IMG/VR virus record: IMGVR_UViG_2877251553_000001
Span: 10,207 to 74,206 of that record
Direction: 5' to 3' (one strand)
Length of the DNA: 64,000 nucleotides
DNA from: a virus
Lineage: Duplodnaviria; Heunggongvirae; Uroviricota; Caudoviricetes
The position numbers and the translations under genes are program-made. Below the pieces are notes generated by a model, which had not been told where the DNA came from, did not search any database, and worked only from the letters and a program-made list of their open reading frames with translations. Positions 9,040 to 21,000 of this stretch are shown here, piece by piece (positions within the stretch are counted from its first letter, which is position 1; each line of letters starts with the position of its first letter).

Positions 9040-11140
9040 TGCTGAATCAGGAAACCGCAAAGGCAGCACGAACCGATTCAGGTTATATCCTTCGCGCACC
9101 GAGACGAATGCGGGTTGCTGATGCCGTTGCTCAGTATATGCGGGTGCCCATGGGGGCAGGGAACTCAGTCCCGTGGGATCCGCTGGTGGCACCGTATGTT
9201 ATTGAGCCGATGAACTGCCTGGCCTCGCGTGAATACGACGCAGTGATATTTGTTGGCCCGGCACGAACCGGCAAGACTATCGGCCTGATTGACGGCTGGG
9301 TGATTTACAACGTGATTTGCGATCCTGCTGATATGCTGATCATTCAGATGACGGAGGAAAAAGCCCGCGAACACTCCAAAAAACGACTCGCCAGAACGTT
9401 TCGCGTCAGCCCGGAAGTGGTCAGTCGCCTGAGTCCGAACAAAAATGACAACAACGTTTATGACAGAACATTCCTTGCTGGTAACTACCTGAAAATCGGC
9501 TGGCCGTCAGTCAATATCATGTCCTCATCAGATTATAAATGCGTCGCGCTGACGGATTATGACCGTTTTCCGGAAGATATTGATGGCGAGGGGATGCTTT
9601 CTCTCTTGCCTCAAAACGTACCACCACATTTATGTCCAGCGGTATGACGCTGGTGGAGAGTTCCCCCGGCAGGGATGTGAAGGATGTGAAATGGCGACGG
9701 ACTTCACCGCATGAGGCTCCACCAACCACGGGGATCCTGTCGCTCTATAACCGTGGTGATCGCCGTCGCTGGTACTGGCCCTGTCCACACTGTGGTGAGT
9801 ATTTTCAGCCCTGCGGCGATGTGGTTGCTGGTTTCCGTGATATTGCCGATCCCGTGCTGGCAAGTGAGGCGGCTTATATTCAGTGCCCTTCCTGTTCAGG
9901 ACGGATTATGCCTGAACAAAAACGTGAGCTGAACGGACGTGGGGTCTGGTTGCGGGATGGTGAATCCATCAATGCGGATGGCAGTCGTTATGGTGATCCC
10001 CGACGCTCACGTATTGCGTCATTCTGGATGGAGGGTCCGGCAGCTGCTTACCAGACACTCTCGCAACTCGTTTACAAACTGCTTACTGCAGAACAGGAAT
10101 ACGAGACAACCGGAAGTGAAGAAACACTCAAGACGGTTATCAATACCGACTGGGGATTACCTTATCTTCCCCGCGCCAGCATGGAGCAACGAAAAAGTGA
10201 ACTGCTTGAGCAGCGGGCAGAGCCAGTTCCTTCCCGCAGTGTGCCGGATGGCGTTAATTTCCTTGTGGCGACAGTGGATGTGCAGGCGGGACGTCATCGC
10301 CGTTTTGTGGTTCAGGTAACGGGCTATGGCAGCCGTGGCGAACGCTGGATTATTGATCGTTACAACATCACGCAGTCATTGCGCGGTGACAGCGACGGGG
10401 AGAGCCAGCGAATTGATCCGGCCAGCTATCCGGAAGACTGGGATGTCCTGCTGACGGATGTTTTTCATAAAAGCTGGCCGCTGGCCTCCGATCCTTCTCA
10501 ACAAATGCGACTGATGGCAATGGCGGTGGACTCCGGCGGTGAAGACGGGGTCACTGATAATGCCTATAAATTCTGGCGTCGTTGCCGTCGTGATGGCCTT
10601 GGTAAACGTATTTACCTGTTTAAGGGCGACAGCATCCGGCGCGCAAAACTGATCACTCGTACATTCCCTGATAACACCGGACGAACGGGCCGACGGGCGC
10701 AGGCCGCAGGTGATGTGCCGCTCTGGCTTCTTCAGACGGATGCACTGAAAGACCGGGTGAATAACGCGTTATGGCGTGACTCGCCAGGTCCCGGCTATGT
10801 GCATTTCCCTGACTGGCTGGGGAGCTGGTTTTACGACGAACTGACGTATGAAGAGCGGAGCAGTGACGGGAAATGGAGTAAGCCTGGTCGCGGTGCCAAC
10901 GAAGCTTTTGACCTGATGGTGTATGCCGAGGCTCTGGTCATTCTGCATGGATACGAAAAGATCCGCTGGCCGGATGCACCGGAGTGGGCGAGCCGGGAAA
11001 CCTGGCTGGAGTGTGTCCAGGACAGTACCGAACCGTCATCCTCACCGGAACCGGTATCCACGCCTGTTAAAAAACAAAAACGGAAGAAAACAGTAACTGA
11101 CGATGTTAACCCCTGGCTGACTTCCGGAGGATGGTTATGA
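9039..11140 (+). CDS. A: Terminase large subunit (lambda gpA-like); apparent frameshift near 9590
   Basis: Two overlapping ORFs (9039-9647, 9632-11140) rejoin if one G is added to the G run at 9590-9593; Walker A motif GPARTGKT. Confidence 0.8.
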
Positions 11141-11349
11141 ACCAGAATGATATCGAAGCCATGATTCAGCGTTATATGGAAGCTGAAATGGCGGTGCTGG
11201 ACGGAAAATCCGTCACCTTTAATGGTCAGCAGATGACCATGGAAAACTTATCTGAGATCCGGCAGGGACGGCAGGAGTGGGAGCGCCGCCTTGCGGCTCT
11301 GATTACACGACGACGGGGGCATCCCGGGTACCGGCTGGCGAGGTTCTGA
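11131..11349 (+). CDS. W: Head-tail joining protein, lambda gpW-like
   Basis: 72 aa, C-terminus RRRGHPGY resembles gpW; between terminase and portal. Confidence 0.6.
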   Translation: MVMNQNDIEAMIQRYMEAEMAVLDGKSVTFNGQQMTMENLSEIRQGRQEWERRLAALITRRRGHPGYRLARF

Positions 11350-12856
11350 TGGCAATTCTTGATGATGTGATTGGCGTTTTTTCACCTGGATGGAAAGCGG
11401 CAAGGCTGCGTTCCCGTGCGGTGATCCAGGCTTATGAAGCCGTAAAAACGACGCGGACACACAAAGCCCGACGGGAGAACCGAACTGCCGACCAGCTAAG
11501 CCAGTACGGGGCCGTGTCGTTACGTGAGCAGGCCCGTTACCTTGATAACAACCACGATCTGGTTATTGGTGTATTTGACAAGCTGGAAGAACGGGTGGTG
11601 GGGAAAAACGGGATTATTGTCGAGCCACATCCGGTATTACGCAATGGGGCCATTGCCCGTGATCTGGCAGCGGAGATTCGCACCCGATGGAGTGAATGGT
11701 CTGTCAGCCCGGAAGTCACCGGGCAGTTTACCCGTCCGATGCTGGAACGTCTGATGCTGCGTACCTGGCTGCGCGATGGTGAGGTGTTTGCCCAGATGGT
11801 TTCCGGGCGCATAAACAGCCTGACGCCTTCTGCCGGTGTTCATTTCTGGCTGGAGGCGCTCGAGCCGGACTTTATTCCCATGACCAGTGATGAGAGCAAC
11901 AGGCTGAATCAGGGCGTGTTTGTTGATGACTGGGGCGTCCCGAAAAATATCTGGTGTATAAAAGCCGTCCCGTATCCGGACGGCAGATGGAAACCAAAGA
12001 AGTGGATGCAGAGCGAATGCTGCATCTTAAATTTGTTCGCCGTCTGCACCAGATGCGCGGGACGTCTTTGTTGTCCGGTGTGCTGATCCGCCTCAGTGCC
12101 CTGAAAGATTATGAAGATTATGAGCTGACTGCAGCAAGGATCGCCGCTGCTCTGGGGATGTACATCCGCAAAGGCGACGGGCAGAGCTATGAACCGGATG
12201 GTAATGGCAGCAAGGATAAGGAACGCGAGCTTACCATTCAGCCAGGCATTATTTACGATGATCTGAAACCCGGCGAAGAAATCGGAATGGTGAAGTCGGA
12301 TCGCCCCAATCCTAACCTTGAAACTTTTCGTAATGGTCAGTTGCGTGCCGTGGCGGCGGGCAGTCGTCTGAGTTTTTCCAGTACAGCGCGCAACTATAAC
12401 GGCACTTACAGCGCCCAGCGTCAGGAGCTGGTTGAATCTACTGATGGCTACCTGATCCTGCAGGACTGGTTTATTGGTGCCGTCACCCGCCCGATGTATC
12501 GTGCATGGCTGAAACAGGCTGTGGCATCCGGTGTTATCAGGCTACCCCGCGATCTTGACCGTTCTTCACTGTATACCGCGGTGTATTCCGGACCAGTGAT
12601 GCCGTGGATTGACCCTGTTAAGGAGGCTGAGGCCTGGAAAATCCAGATTCGTGGTGGAGCGGCGACAGAATCAGACTGGGTACGTGCTGGTGGTCGTAAT
12701 CCGGATGATGTCAAACGTCGGCGCAAGGCCGAAATTGATGAAAACCGCAAGCTGGATCTGGTATTTGATACCGATCCGGCCAGTGATAAAGGAGGCAGTA
12801 GTGCCGCAACGAAACGACAGGAGCCGCAGCACACCGACGACCAGTCCGAAGATTAA
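11349..12856 (+). CDS. B: Portal protein (lambda gpB-like); apparent frameshift near 11945
   Basis: Two overlapping ORFs rejoin with one extra A in the A run at 11943-11947. Confidence 0.8.
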
Positions 12857-12869
12857 TTCCTGGTTCAGG

Positions 12870-14827
12870 ATGCAGGCTGGTCACCAGAGTGACGCGGATA
12901 TTTATATTTATGACGAGATTGGTTTCTGGGGTGTTACAGCGAAGCAGTTTATCAGTGATCTGAATGCACTGGGCGATATCACCCACATTAATCTCCATAT
13001 CAATTCACCGGGTGGCGATGTCTTTGAAGGCATCGCCATTTTTAATGCGCTGAAAACACATGGTGCGTCCATTACCGTTTATGTCGACGGTGTGGCGGCG
13101 TCAATGGCGTCGGTCATTGCGATGGTGGGAAACCCGGTCATTATGCCGGAAAACACCTTCATGATGATTCATAAACCATTTGGCTTTACGGGCGGTGATG
13201 CGGAGGACATGCGCACCTATGCCGACCTGCTCGATAAGGTTGAGGCGGTTCTGTTACCCGCTTATGCACAGAAAACCGGGAAAACCACCGATGAAATTGC
13301 TGCCATGCTGGCGGATGAGACCTGGATGTCCGGTGCCGAATGTCTGGCACATGGATTTGCTGATCAGGTGACGCCAGCCGTTAAGGCAATGGCATGTATT
13401 CAGTCAAAACGTACAGAGGAATTTAAAAAGATGCCGGAATCCATTCGAAACATGATTACTCCGCCACGCAACAGTGCTCCACGCGTACAGGATGATGAAC
13501 CTGCAGCCTCCCGGACGCCAGTGCAGGCAGCAGCACCCGTGGTGAATGAAAACAGTATCCGTGCGCAGGTACTGGCAGAGCAAAAAGCGCGTGTAAACGG
13601 TATTAATGATCTGTTTGCCATGTTTGGCGGGCGTTATCAGACGCTGCAGGCTCAGTGTCTTGCCGATCCTGAGTGTTCGCTGGAGCAGGCCCGCGAAAAG
13701 CTGTTGAACGAGATGGGGCGCGAGTCCACGCCATCCAATAAAAATACACCGGCTCATATTTATGCTGGTAACGGTAATTTTGTGGGGGACGGGATTCGCC
13801 AGGCGCTGATGGCGCGTGCCGGATTTGAAAAAACCGAACGTGATAATGTCTACAACGGGATGACCCTGCGTGAATATGCCCGTATGTCACTGACTGAACG
13901 GGGTATTGGGGTTTCCGGTTATAACCCGATGCAGATGGTCGGTGCGGCGTTCACCCACAGTACGTCTGACTTCGGTAATATTCTGCTGGATGTTGCGAAC
14001 AAAGCCATTCTGCAGGGCTGGGAAGATGCTCCTGAAACCTATGAACAATGGACGCGGAAAGGTCAGTTGTCTGATTTTAAAATTGCCCATCGTGTGGGTA
14101 TGGGGGCTTCAGTGCTCTGCGTCAGGTGCGTGAAGGGGCGGAATATAAATACGTCACCACCGGAGATAAACAGGCCACTATTGCACTGGCGACCTATGGC
14201 GAGCTGTTCAGTATCACCCGTCAGGCCATTATCAATGATGATCTGAATATGCTGACCGATGTCCCGATGAAACTGGGCCGTGCGGCGAAATCCACTATTG
14301 CCGATCTGGTTTATGCCATTCTGACGTCTAACCCGAAAATCTCCACAGATAATGTAAGTCTGTTCGATAAAGCGAAACATGCAAACGTACTGGAGAGCGC
14401 TGCAATGGACGTGGCATCGCTGGATAAAGCCCGCCAGTTGATGCGCGTTCAGAAAGAGGGGGAGCGTCATCTGAATATTCGTCCTGCGTTCGTACTGGTA
14501 CCGACGGCGATGGAGTCTGTTGCTAACCAGGTCATTCGCTCCTCAAGTGTCAAGGGGGCTGACATTAACGCCGGTATTATTAACCCGGTGAAAGATTTTG
14601 CGACCGTTATTGCAGAGCCCCGTCTTGATGATAACAGCCAGACCACCTTCTACCTGGCTGCGTCAAAAGGCTCCGATACGATTGAAGTGGCTTATCTCAA
14701 CGGTGTGGATACGCCATATATTGATCAGATGGAGGGCTTCAGTGTGGATGGCGTGACAACGAAAGTGCGTATTGACGCCGGTGTCGCGCCAGTTGATCAC
14801 CGCGGTCTGGTGAAATGTACGGCGTAA
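12870..14827 (+). CDS. Prohead protease (ClpP-like) / scaffold / major capsid fusion; apparent frameshift near 14104
   Basis: N-terminal ClpP-like serine protease region and C-terminal capsid region; frames rejoin at G run 14102-14106. Confidence 0.75.
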
Positions 14828-14851
14828 ACGTCGCAGACAACAACTCTGATG

Positions 14852-14871
14852 GCCCGTAAGGGCTTTTTTTG
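14852..14871 (+). terminator. Rho-independent terminator after capsid gene
   Basis: GCCCGTAAGGGC hairpin followed by T7. Confidence 0.5.
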
Positions 14872-14913
14872 TACCTGAAATCAGCCCCTGAACGGGGCTG
14901 TGCGGAGACAGTT

Positions 14914-15222
14914 ATGGCAAAGAATTTTGTAGAAGAAGGAAAAACGGTGGCGATTGTTGCCAGTGCAGCCATCAGCAGCGGAGACCTGGTGCAGGTGGGT
15001 GATGTTTTTGCGGTGGCGCTGACCGATATTCCACAGGGTGAAACAGGCGACGGCCTGACCGAAGGTGTGTTTATGCTGCCTAAGCTGAAAACGGATGACA
15101 TGAAAACGGGTAAGAAGGTTTATCTGAAGTCCGGAAAAGTTCAGCTGACTAACAGCGGCTCTGATCCGCTGGTCGGGTTGTCTGGGCAGATGCCGGAACC
15201 AGTGCAGAAGAAGTGCCGGTAA
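14914..15222 (+). CDS. Head-associated protein (lambda FI position), unknown family
   Basis: ORF with GGAGACAG ribosome-binding site; synteny only. Confidence 0.45.
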   Translation: MAKNFVEEGKTVAIVASAAISSGDLVQVGDVFAVALTDIPQGETGDGLTEGVFMLPKLKTDDMKTGKKVYLKSGKVQLTNSGSDPLVGLSGQMPEPVQKKCR

Positions 15223-15228
15223 AACTCA

Positions 15229-15504
15229 ATGTCTGATCCCTTTTCCCGGCTGGCAGCGCGTATGGATGCGATCACGGTCAGAAAGATGGGAAAGACAGCC
15301 TCGATTAATGATGTCGATATGACTGTGATCCCGGGAGAAACACTGGCAGAGCTGAATGCTCTGTCCGGACCTGCGGTCTCTCTGGTGGTGTTTTCTTCGG
15401 GATACCGCCCACGGCGCGGGGATCGCGTTGTTTATGACGGACAACATTGGACGGTCACACGGCATGAACGCTTTAACGGTAAGCCAATGATCTTTATTGA
15501 GTAA
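15229..15504 (+). CDS. Head-tail adaptor (lambda FII position)
   Basis: 91-aa ORF; synteny between head genes and Z. Confidence 0.5.
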   Translation: MSDPFSRLAARMDAITVRKMGKTASINDVDMTVIPGETLAELNALSGPAVSLVVFSSGYRPRRGDRVVYDGQHWTVTRHERFNGKPMIFIE

Positions 15505-15515
15505 AGAGGTGTGGG

Positions 15516-16094
15516 ATGAAGGGGCTTGAGAATGCCATCCGCAATCTGAACAGCCTTGATACCCGTATGGTGCCACAGGCCAGCGCATGGGCGATAAACC
15601 GTGTGGCACAGAAAGCGGTCTCGGTTGCCACCCGGCAGGTTGCCGGGAATACCGTTGCGGGAGATAACCAGGTGAAAGGGATACCCCTGAAACTGGTACG
15701 TCAGCGTGTCCGGGTGTTTAAAGCCAGTCCGTCAGGAAAAATGACGGCCAGGATCCGCGTTAACCGGGGCAATCTGCCTGCCATTAAGCTGGGGACCGCC
15801 CGGGTCAGACTGACCCGGCGTGGTGGAAAACTGCAGTACCGTGGCAGCGTGCTGAAGGTGGGTAAATATCTTTTCCGGGATGCGTTTATTCAGCAACTGG
15901 CGAATGGTCGCTGGCATGTGATGCGGCGTATTGATGGCAAAAATCGTTACCCCATTGATGTGGTGAAAATCCCTCTGTCCGGACCGCTGACACAGGCATT
16001 TGAAGATGCCCGCGACCGCATCATTGCTGCGGAAATGCCGAAACAGCTGGGGTATGCACTGAAACAACAACTGAGGTTATGGCTGACCCGATGA
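15516..16094 (+). CDS. Z: Minor tail protein Z
   Basis: 192 aa, same length as lambda gpZ; shared motifs NGRWHVM and NRYPIDVVKIP. Confidence 0.75.
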   Translation: MKGLENAIRNLNSLDTRMVPQASAWAINRVAQKAVSVATRQVAGNTVAGDNQVKGIPLKLVRQRVRVFKASPSGKMTARIRVNRGNLPAIKLGTARVRLTRRGGKLQYRGSVLKVGKYLFRDAFIQQLANGRWHVMRRIDGKNRYPIDVVKIPLSGPLTQAFEDARDRIIAAEMPKQLGYALKQQLRLWLTR

Positions 16095-16492
16095 ACCGAC
16101 ATACACAAATCCGCCAGGTCGTACTGGCACGCCTTCGGGAACAGTGTGGAGACAGCGCCACGTTTTTTGACGGGCTTCCGGCATTTGTTGATGCGCAGGA
16201 ACTGCCTGCCGTGGCGGTGTGGCTGAGTGATGCTCAGTACACCGGAAAAATGACGGATGAAGATGACTGGCAGGCTGTTCTGCATATTGCTGTCTTCATC
16301 CGGGCACAGGCACCGGATTCAGAGCTGGATATGTGGATGGAGAGCACCATTTTCCCGGCCCTGAATGATGTACCGGCACTTTCCGGACTCATCGACACCC
16401 TGATCCCACTCGGTTTTAACTATCAACGTGATAATGAGATGGCCACCTGGGCGATGGCGGAAATCACGTACCAGATCACGTACACGAATTAA
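16079..16492 (+). CDS. U: Tail terminator protein U
   Basis: Lambda gpU-like motifs ATFFDG, PAVAV, PDSELD, WMES. Confidence 0.75.
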   Translation: MADPMNRHTQIRQVVLARLREQCGDSATFFDGLPAFVDAQELPAVAVWLSDAQYTGKMTDEDDWQAVLHIAVFIRAQAPDSELDMWMESTIFPALNDVPALSGLIDTLIPLGFNYQRDNEMATWAMAEITYQITYTN

Positions 16493-16502
16493 GGAGGTGG
16501 CA

Positions 16503-17246
16503 ATGACCACACCAAATCCACTGGCAAAAACGAAAGGTGCGGGAACGACGTTCTGGATGTACACCGGCAAGGGCGATGCGTTTGCGAACCCTTTATCGGA
16601 CACTGACTGGCTGCGTCTTGCGATGGTGAAGGATCTGCAGCCTGGCGAAATGACCGCTGATGCAGAAGATGACACTTATCTCGATGATGAAGATGCAGAC
16701 TGGAAAACGACAACCCAGGGGCAGAAATCCGTCGGTGATACTTCGGCGACGCTGGCCTGGCGTCCGGGTGACAGCGGGCAGAAAAAACTGGTTCAGTTGT
16801 TCGACTCCGGTGAAGTCTGCGCGTTTCGTATCAAATATCCCAACGGTACTGTTGATGTTTTCCGTGGCTGGCTGAGTTCACTGGGTAAAACCATTGCCTC
16901 AAAAGACGTGATGACCCGCACAGTGAAAATCAGCGGTGTGGGGCGTCCGTATCTGGCAGAAGAAGGCACTGAAATCGTGGGCGTTACCGGGCTGACGGTG
17001 GCACCGGCATCTGCCAGTGTAAAAGTGGGAGCAACCACCACGCTGACCTTTACAGTAAAACCTGACGGAGCCAGTGACAAAGCGATCAGTGTGCATTCGA
17101 CAGATCCACAGACTGCCACGGTGACCCTGAACGGGCTTGTGGCCACGGTGAAAGGCGTGAAGCAGGGCAGTGTCAGCATTGTGGGCATGACTTCTGACGG
17201 CGATTTTGTGGCAGTGGCTACGGTGGCTGTCAGCGCCGCAGGTTAA
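16503..17246 (+). CDS. V: Major tail protein V with C-terminal Ig-like domain
   Basis: AAGGAGG ribosome-binding site; N-terminus KGAGTT and NGTVDVFRGW match lambda gpV. Confidence 0.85.
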   Translation: MTTPNPLAKTKGAGTTFWMYTGKGDAFANPLSDTDWLRLAMVKDLQPGEMTADAEDDTYLDDEDADWKTTTQGQKSVGDTSATLAWRPGDSGQKKLVQLFDSGEVCAFRIKYPNGTVDVFRGWLSSLGKTIASKDVMTRTVKISGVGRPYLAEEGTEIVGVTGLTVAPASASVKVGATTTLTFTVKPDGASDKAISVHSTDPQTATVTLNGLVATVKGVKQGSVSIVGMTSDGDFVAVATVAVSAAG

Positions 17247-17266
17247 CAGGACGATACTCATCATTT

Positions 17267-17291
17267 GCCCCGATTATCCGGGGCTTTTTTG
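17267..17291 (+). terminator. Rho-independent terminator after major tail gene
   Basis: GCCCCGATTATCCGGGGC hairpin plus T6. Confidence 0.5.
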
Positions 17292-17306
17292 CAGGTGGAG
17301 AACATG

Positions 17307-17693
17307 ATGTTTCTGAAACAGGGCACGTTTAATTATGAAAAGCAGTCCGTGGTGCTCAGTGAGCTGTCCGGGCTGCAGAGAATTGAATATCTGGCGTTTG
17401 TTCAGCAGCGAACGGCAAAGTTTGATGCCGAAGAGGGAGAACTGCCGGAGGCTGAACGACAGATTGCTTTTCTGCGGATGGGGATGGATATCAATGCCTG
17501 GCTGGTTTCCCGCTCACTGTGGAATGCGGATCAGTCTAAGGATGTAGAGACGCTTTGCGCATCCGTTATTACAACATGGTCGTATGATGCCCTGGGTGCG
17601 GGGGCGGAGATGGTTCTGTCGCTGAGCGGTATGGGGACCATTGATAATGCCGGGGATGATGAGCATGAGGCGCTGACGCCGGAAAAGTCCTGA
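17307..17693 (+). CDS. G: Tail assembly chaperone G
   Basis: MFLK start and LSELSxLQRIE motif as in lambda gpG. Confidence 0.75.
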   Translation: MFLKQGTFNYEKQSVVLSELSGLQRIEYLAFVQQRTAKFDAEEGELPEAERQIAFLRMGMDINAWLVSRSLWNADQSKDVETLCASVITTWSYDALGAGAEMVLSLSGMGTIDNAGDDEHEALTPEKS

Positions 17694-18031
17694 CGCGGGA
17701 AATGCAGTTTGTCATGCGGCTTGCCCGGGAGTTCCGGCGGGCAGACTGGCGGCGGATGCTGTCGGAAATGTCGGCCACTGAGCTTGGTGAGTGGGGCGAT
17801 TATTTCCGGATGCAGAGCTTCAGTGATGTGTGGATGGATGCGCAGTTTGCCTCGCTGAAGGCATTGATCGTGAGAATGGTGTCCGGCAGTAGTGATGCTG
17901 CGGTGGCTGATTTCAGCCTTTTACCGGAAGAGAACGGGATACCGGAGCGAACGGACGAAGAACTGATGCATCTTGGGGAAGGTATTTCCGGAGGTGTGCG
18001 TTATGGACCAGATAGCCAACCTGGTCATTGA
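17307..18031 (+). CDS. T: Tail assembly chaperone G-T, product of -1 frameshift near 17681
   Basis: T frame is -1 relative to G and opens after stop at 17666-17668; lambda G/T paradigm; slip site as read is non-canonical. Confidence 0.45.
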
Positions 18032-21000
18032 TTTGGGGATTGATGCGGCAGAGTTTAAAAATGAAATCCCCCGTATCAAAAACCTTCTGAATGGTGCAGC
18101 CAGCGATGCAGAACGATCTTCTGCCCGTATGCAGCGTTTTATGGAGCGTCAGACTCAGGCCGCCCGGCAGACAACGCAGGCGGCTTCTTCGGCTGCAACA
18201 GCCGCATCCGTCCATGCGCAGACGGTGGAGAAGAACGCACAGGCTCATGAACGCATGGCCCGCGAGGTGGAGAAAACCCGCCAGCGCATGGAGGCGCTGA
18301 GCCAGAAAATGCGCGAGGAACAGGCGCAGGCCATGGCTCTGGCGGAGGCTCAGGATAAAACAGCTGCTGCGTTTTATCGTCAGATTGACAGTGTGAAACA
18401 GGCCAGTGCGGGGCTGCAGGAATTACAGCGTATTCAGCAGCAGATCCGACAGGCCAGAAACAGTGGCGGGATTGGTCAGCAGGATTATCTGGCGCTGATT
18501 TCTGAGGTTACGGCGAAAACCCGTGTTCTTACGCAGGCTGAGGAAGAGTCTACCCGACAGAAAGTGGCGTTTATCCGTCAGCTTAAAGAGCAGGCAACCC
18601 GCCAGAATCTTTCTTCTTCTGAGTTGCTTCGTGCCAGGGCTGCCCAGCTGGGGGTAAGCAGTGCTGCAGAAGTGTATATCCGCAAAATGGAGCAGGCAGG
18701 AAAAGCCACGCATTCGCTGGGTCTGAAAAGTGCAGCAGCCCGCCAGGAGATAGGCGTTCTGATAGGTGAACTGGCCCGTGGCAATTTAGGAGCGCTGAGG
18801 GGATCCGGGATAACGCTGGCTAACCGTGCCGGATGGATAGACACACTGATGTCACCGAAAGGCATGATGCTGGGCGGGGTTATTGGCGGTATTGCCGCGG
18901 CCGTCTATGGTCTGGGTAAAGCCTGGTATGACGGTCAGAAGGAGGGGGAAGAATTTAACCGCCAGCTGTCACTGACGGGGCATTATGCCGGAGTCACTGC
19001 CGGGCAGCTGTGGACGCTCAGTCGTGCTATTTCCGGGAATGGTATCACGCAACATGCTGCAGCCGGTGCGCTGGCTCAGGTGGTGGGGAGTGGTGCATTT
19101 CGTGGAAACGATATCGGTATGGTGGCGAGAGCTGCCGCACAGATGGAGCGATCGGTTGGCCAGTCGGTCAGCGATACCATAAATCAGTTTAAGCGGCTGA
19201 AGGATGATCCTGTAAATGCCGCGAAGGCTCTGGACAATGAGCTGCATTTTCTTACTGCCACTCAGCTTGAGCAGATACGCGTCCTTGGGGATCAGGGGCG
19301 GTCCAGTGATGCTGCACGGATAGCCATGTCTGCACTGGCAGAGGAAACCGGTCGGCGTACTGCGGATATTGATAATAACCTCAATGCGCTGGGCAGTACG
19401 CTGAAGTATCTGTCTGATTTATGGAATCGTTTCTGGGATGCGGCCATGAATATTGGTCGTGAAGACTCGCTGGATGAACAGATTGCCGCTTTACAGGAGA
19501 AAGTGTCGCGGGCGAAAAGACTCCCCTGGACGGCATCATCTTCTCAGGTTGAATACGATCAGCAGCGTCTTAACGATCTTCAGGAGAAAAAACGCCAGAA
19601 GGATTTGCAGGATGCAAAAGAGCAGGCAGAGCGGAATTATCAGGAGCAACAGAAACGCCGTAATGCTGAAAATGCTGCACTGAACCGGATGAATGAAACG
19701 GAAGCTGCACGACATCAGCGTGAAATTGCGCGTATTAATGCCATGCAGTACGCCGATCAGGCTGTCAGGGATGCGGCGATACAACGTGAAAATGAACGTT
19801 ACGAGAAAGCCCTGGCATCCGGTAAGAAAAAAACACGCGAAACCCGTAATGATGAGGCCACCCGGTTATTGCTGCAGTACAGTCAGCAACAGGCACAGGT
19901 GGAAGGACAGATTGCTGCTGCCAGACAGTCAGCAGGCATTGCCACGGAAAGGATGACAGAAGCGCATAAACAGCTTCTGGCTCTGCAGCAGCGCATCAGC
20001 GACCTGGACGGGAAAAAACTGACGGCAGATGAAAAGAGTGTGCTGGCCCGTAAAGATGAACTGATTCAGGCACTGACGCTGCTGGATGTAAAACAGCAGG
20101 AGCTTCAGAAACAGACGGCACTCAACGAGCTGAAGAAAAAAACAATTCAGCTGACCAGTCAACTGGCTGAAGAAGAGCGCGCTCAGCGTCAGCAACATGA
20201 CCTGGATATCGCCACGGTGGGTATGGGTGATCAGCAGCGACAGCGATATCAGGTACAACTGAGTCTTCGCCAGAAATACCAGCAACAGCTGGAGCAGTTG
20301 AGGCGGGATAGTGAGCAGAAAGGGACATATAACACGGATGACTACAGAAAGGCCGAGCAGGCGCTGACGGAGAGCCTGAACCGACAACTGAATGAGAATC
20401 GCCGTTACTGGCAACAGCTTGAAGTTGTGCAGGGTAACTGGAAAAACGGAGTCCTGCGTGCATTTCAGGATTTTACCGTGGATGCAGATAATACGGCAGA
20501 AACAGCAGAACAGGTGTTCTCGTCAGCCTTCAGCAACATGGGAAATGGCCTGGCAACTTTTGTCACTACCGGCAAACTCAATTTCAAATCCTTCACCTCT
20601 TCTGTGCTGTCAGATATGGCGAAAATCCTGGCGCAGGCAACCATGATGAAATCGATAAAAGGGATTGGCAGTGTACTGGGATTTGATCTCAGCAGCCTTT
20701 CCCTGAATGCCAATGGGGGGATTTATCAGTCTGCTGATTTGAGTCGTTACAGTGGCACGGTGGTTAACCGTCCGACGTTTTTTGCTTTTGCAAAAGGCGC
20801 GGGTGTGATGGGGGAAGCGGGACCTGAAGCCATTCTGCCATTGCGTCGTGGTGCTGACGGTAAGCTGGGGGTTGTGGCGGATATTGGGGGTTCAGGTATG
20901 GCGATGTTTTCCCCGCAGTACAACATCGAGATCAATAACGATGGCACGAACGGGCAGATAGGTCCGGCTGCCCTGAAGGCGGTTTATGACCTCGGGAAAA

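Noticed and set aside
9595-14110. Programmed ribosomal frameshifts in terminase, portal and capsid genes
   Set aside because: Each break sits in a simple homopolymer and restores a lambda-like protein when one base is added; the same error class recurs in IS elements, so artifact is the simpler explanation
19929-20463. Minus-strand ORFs of 161 and 113 aa inside the tape-measure gene
   Set aside because: Antisense shadow frames of a coiled-coil coding region
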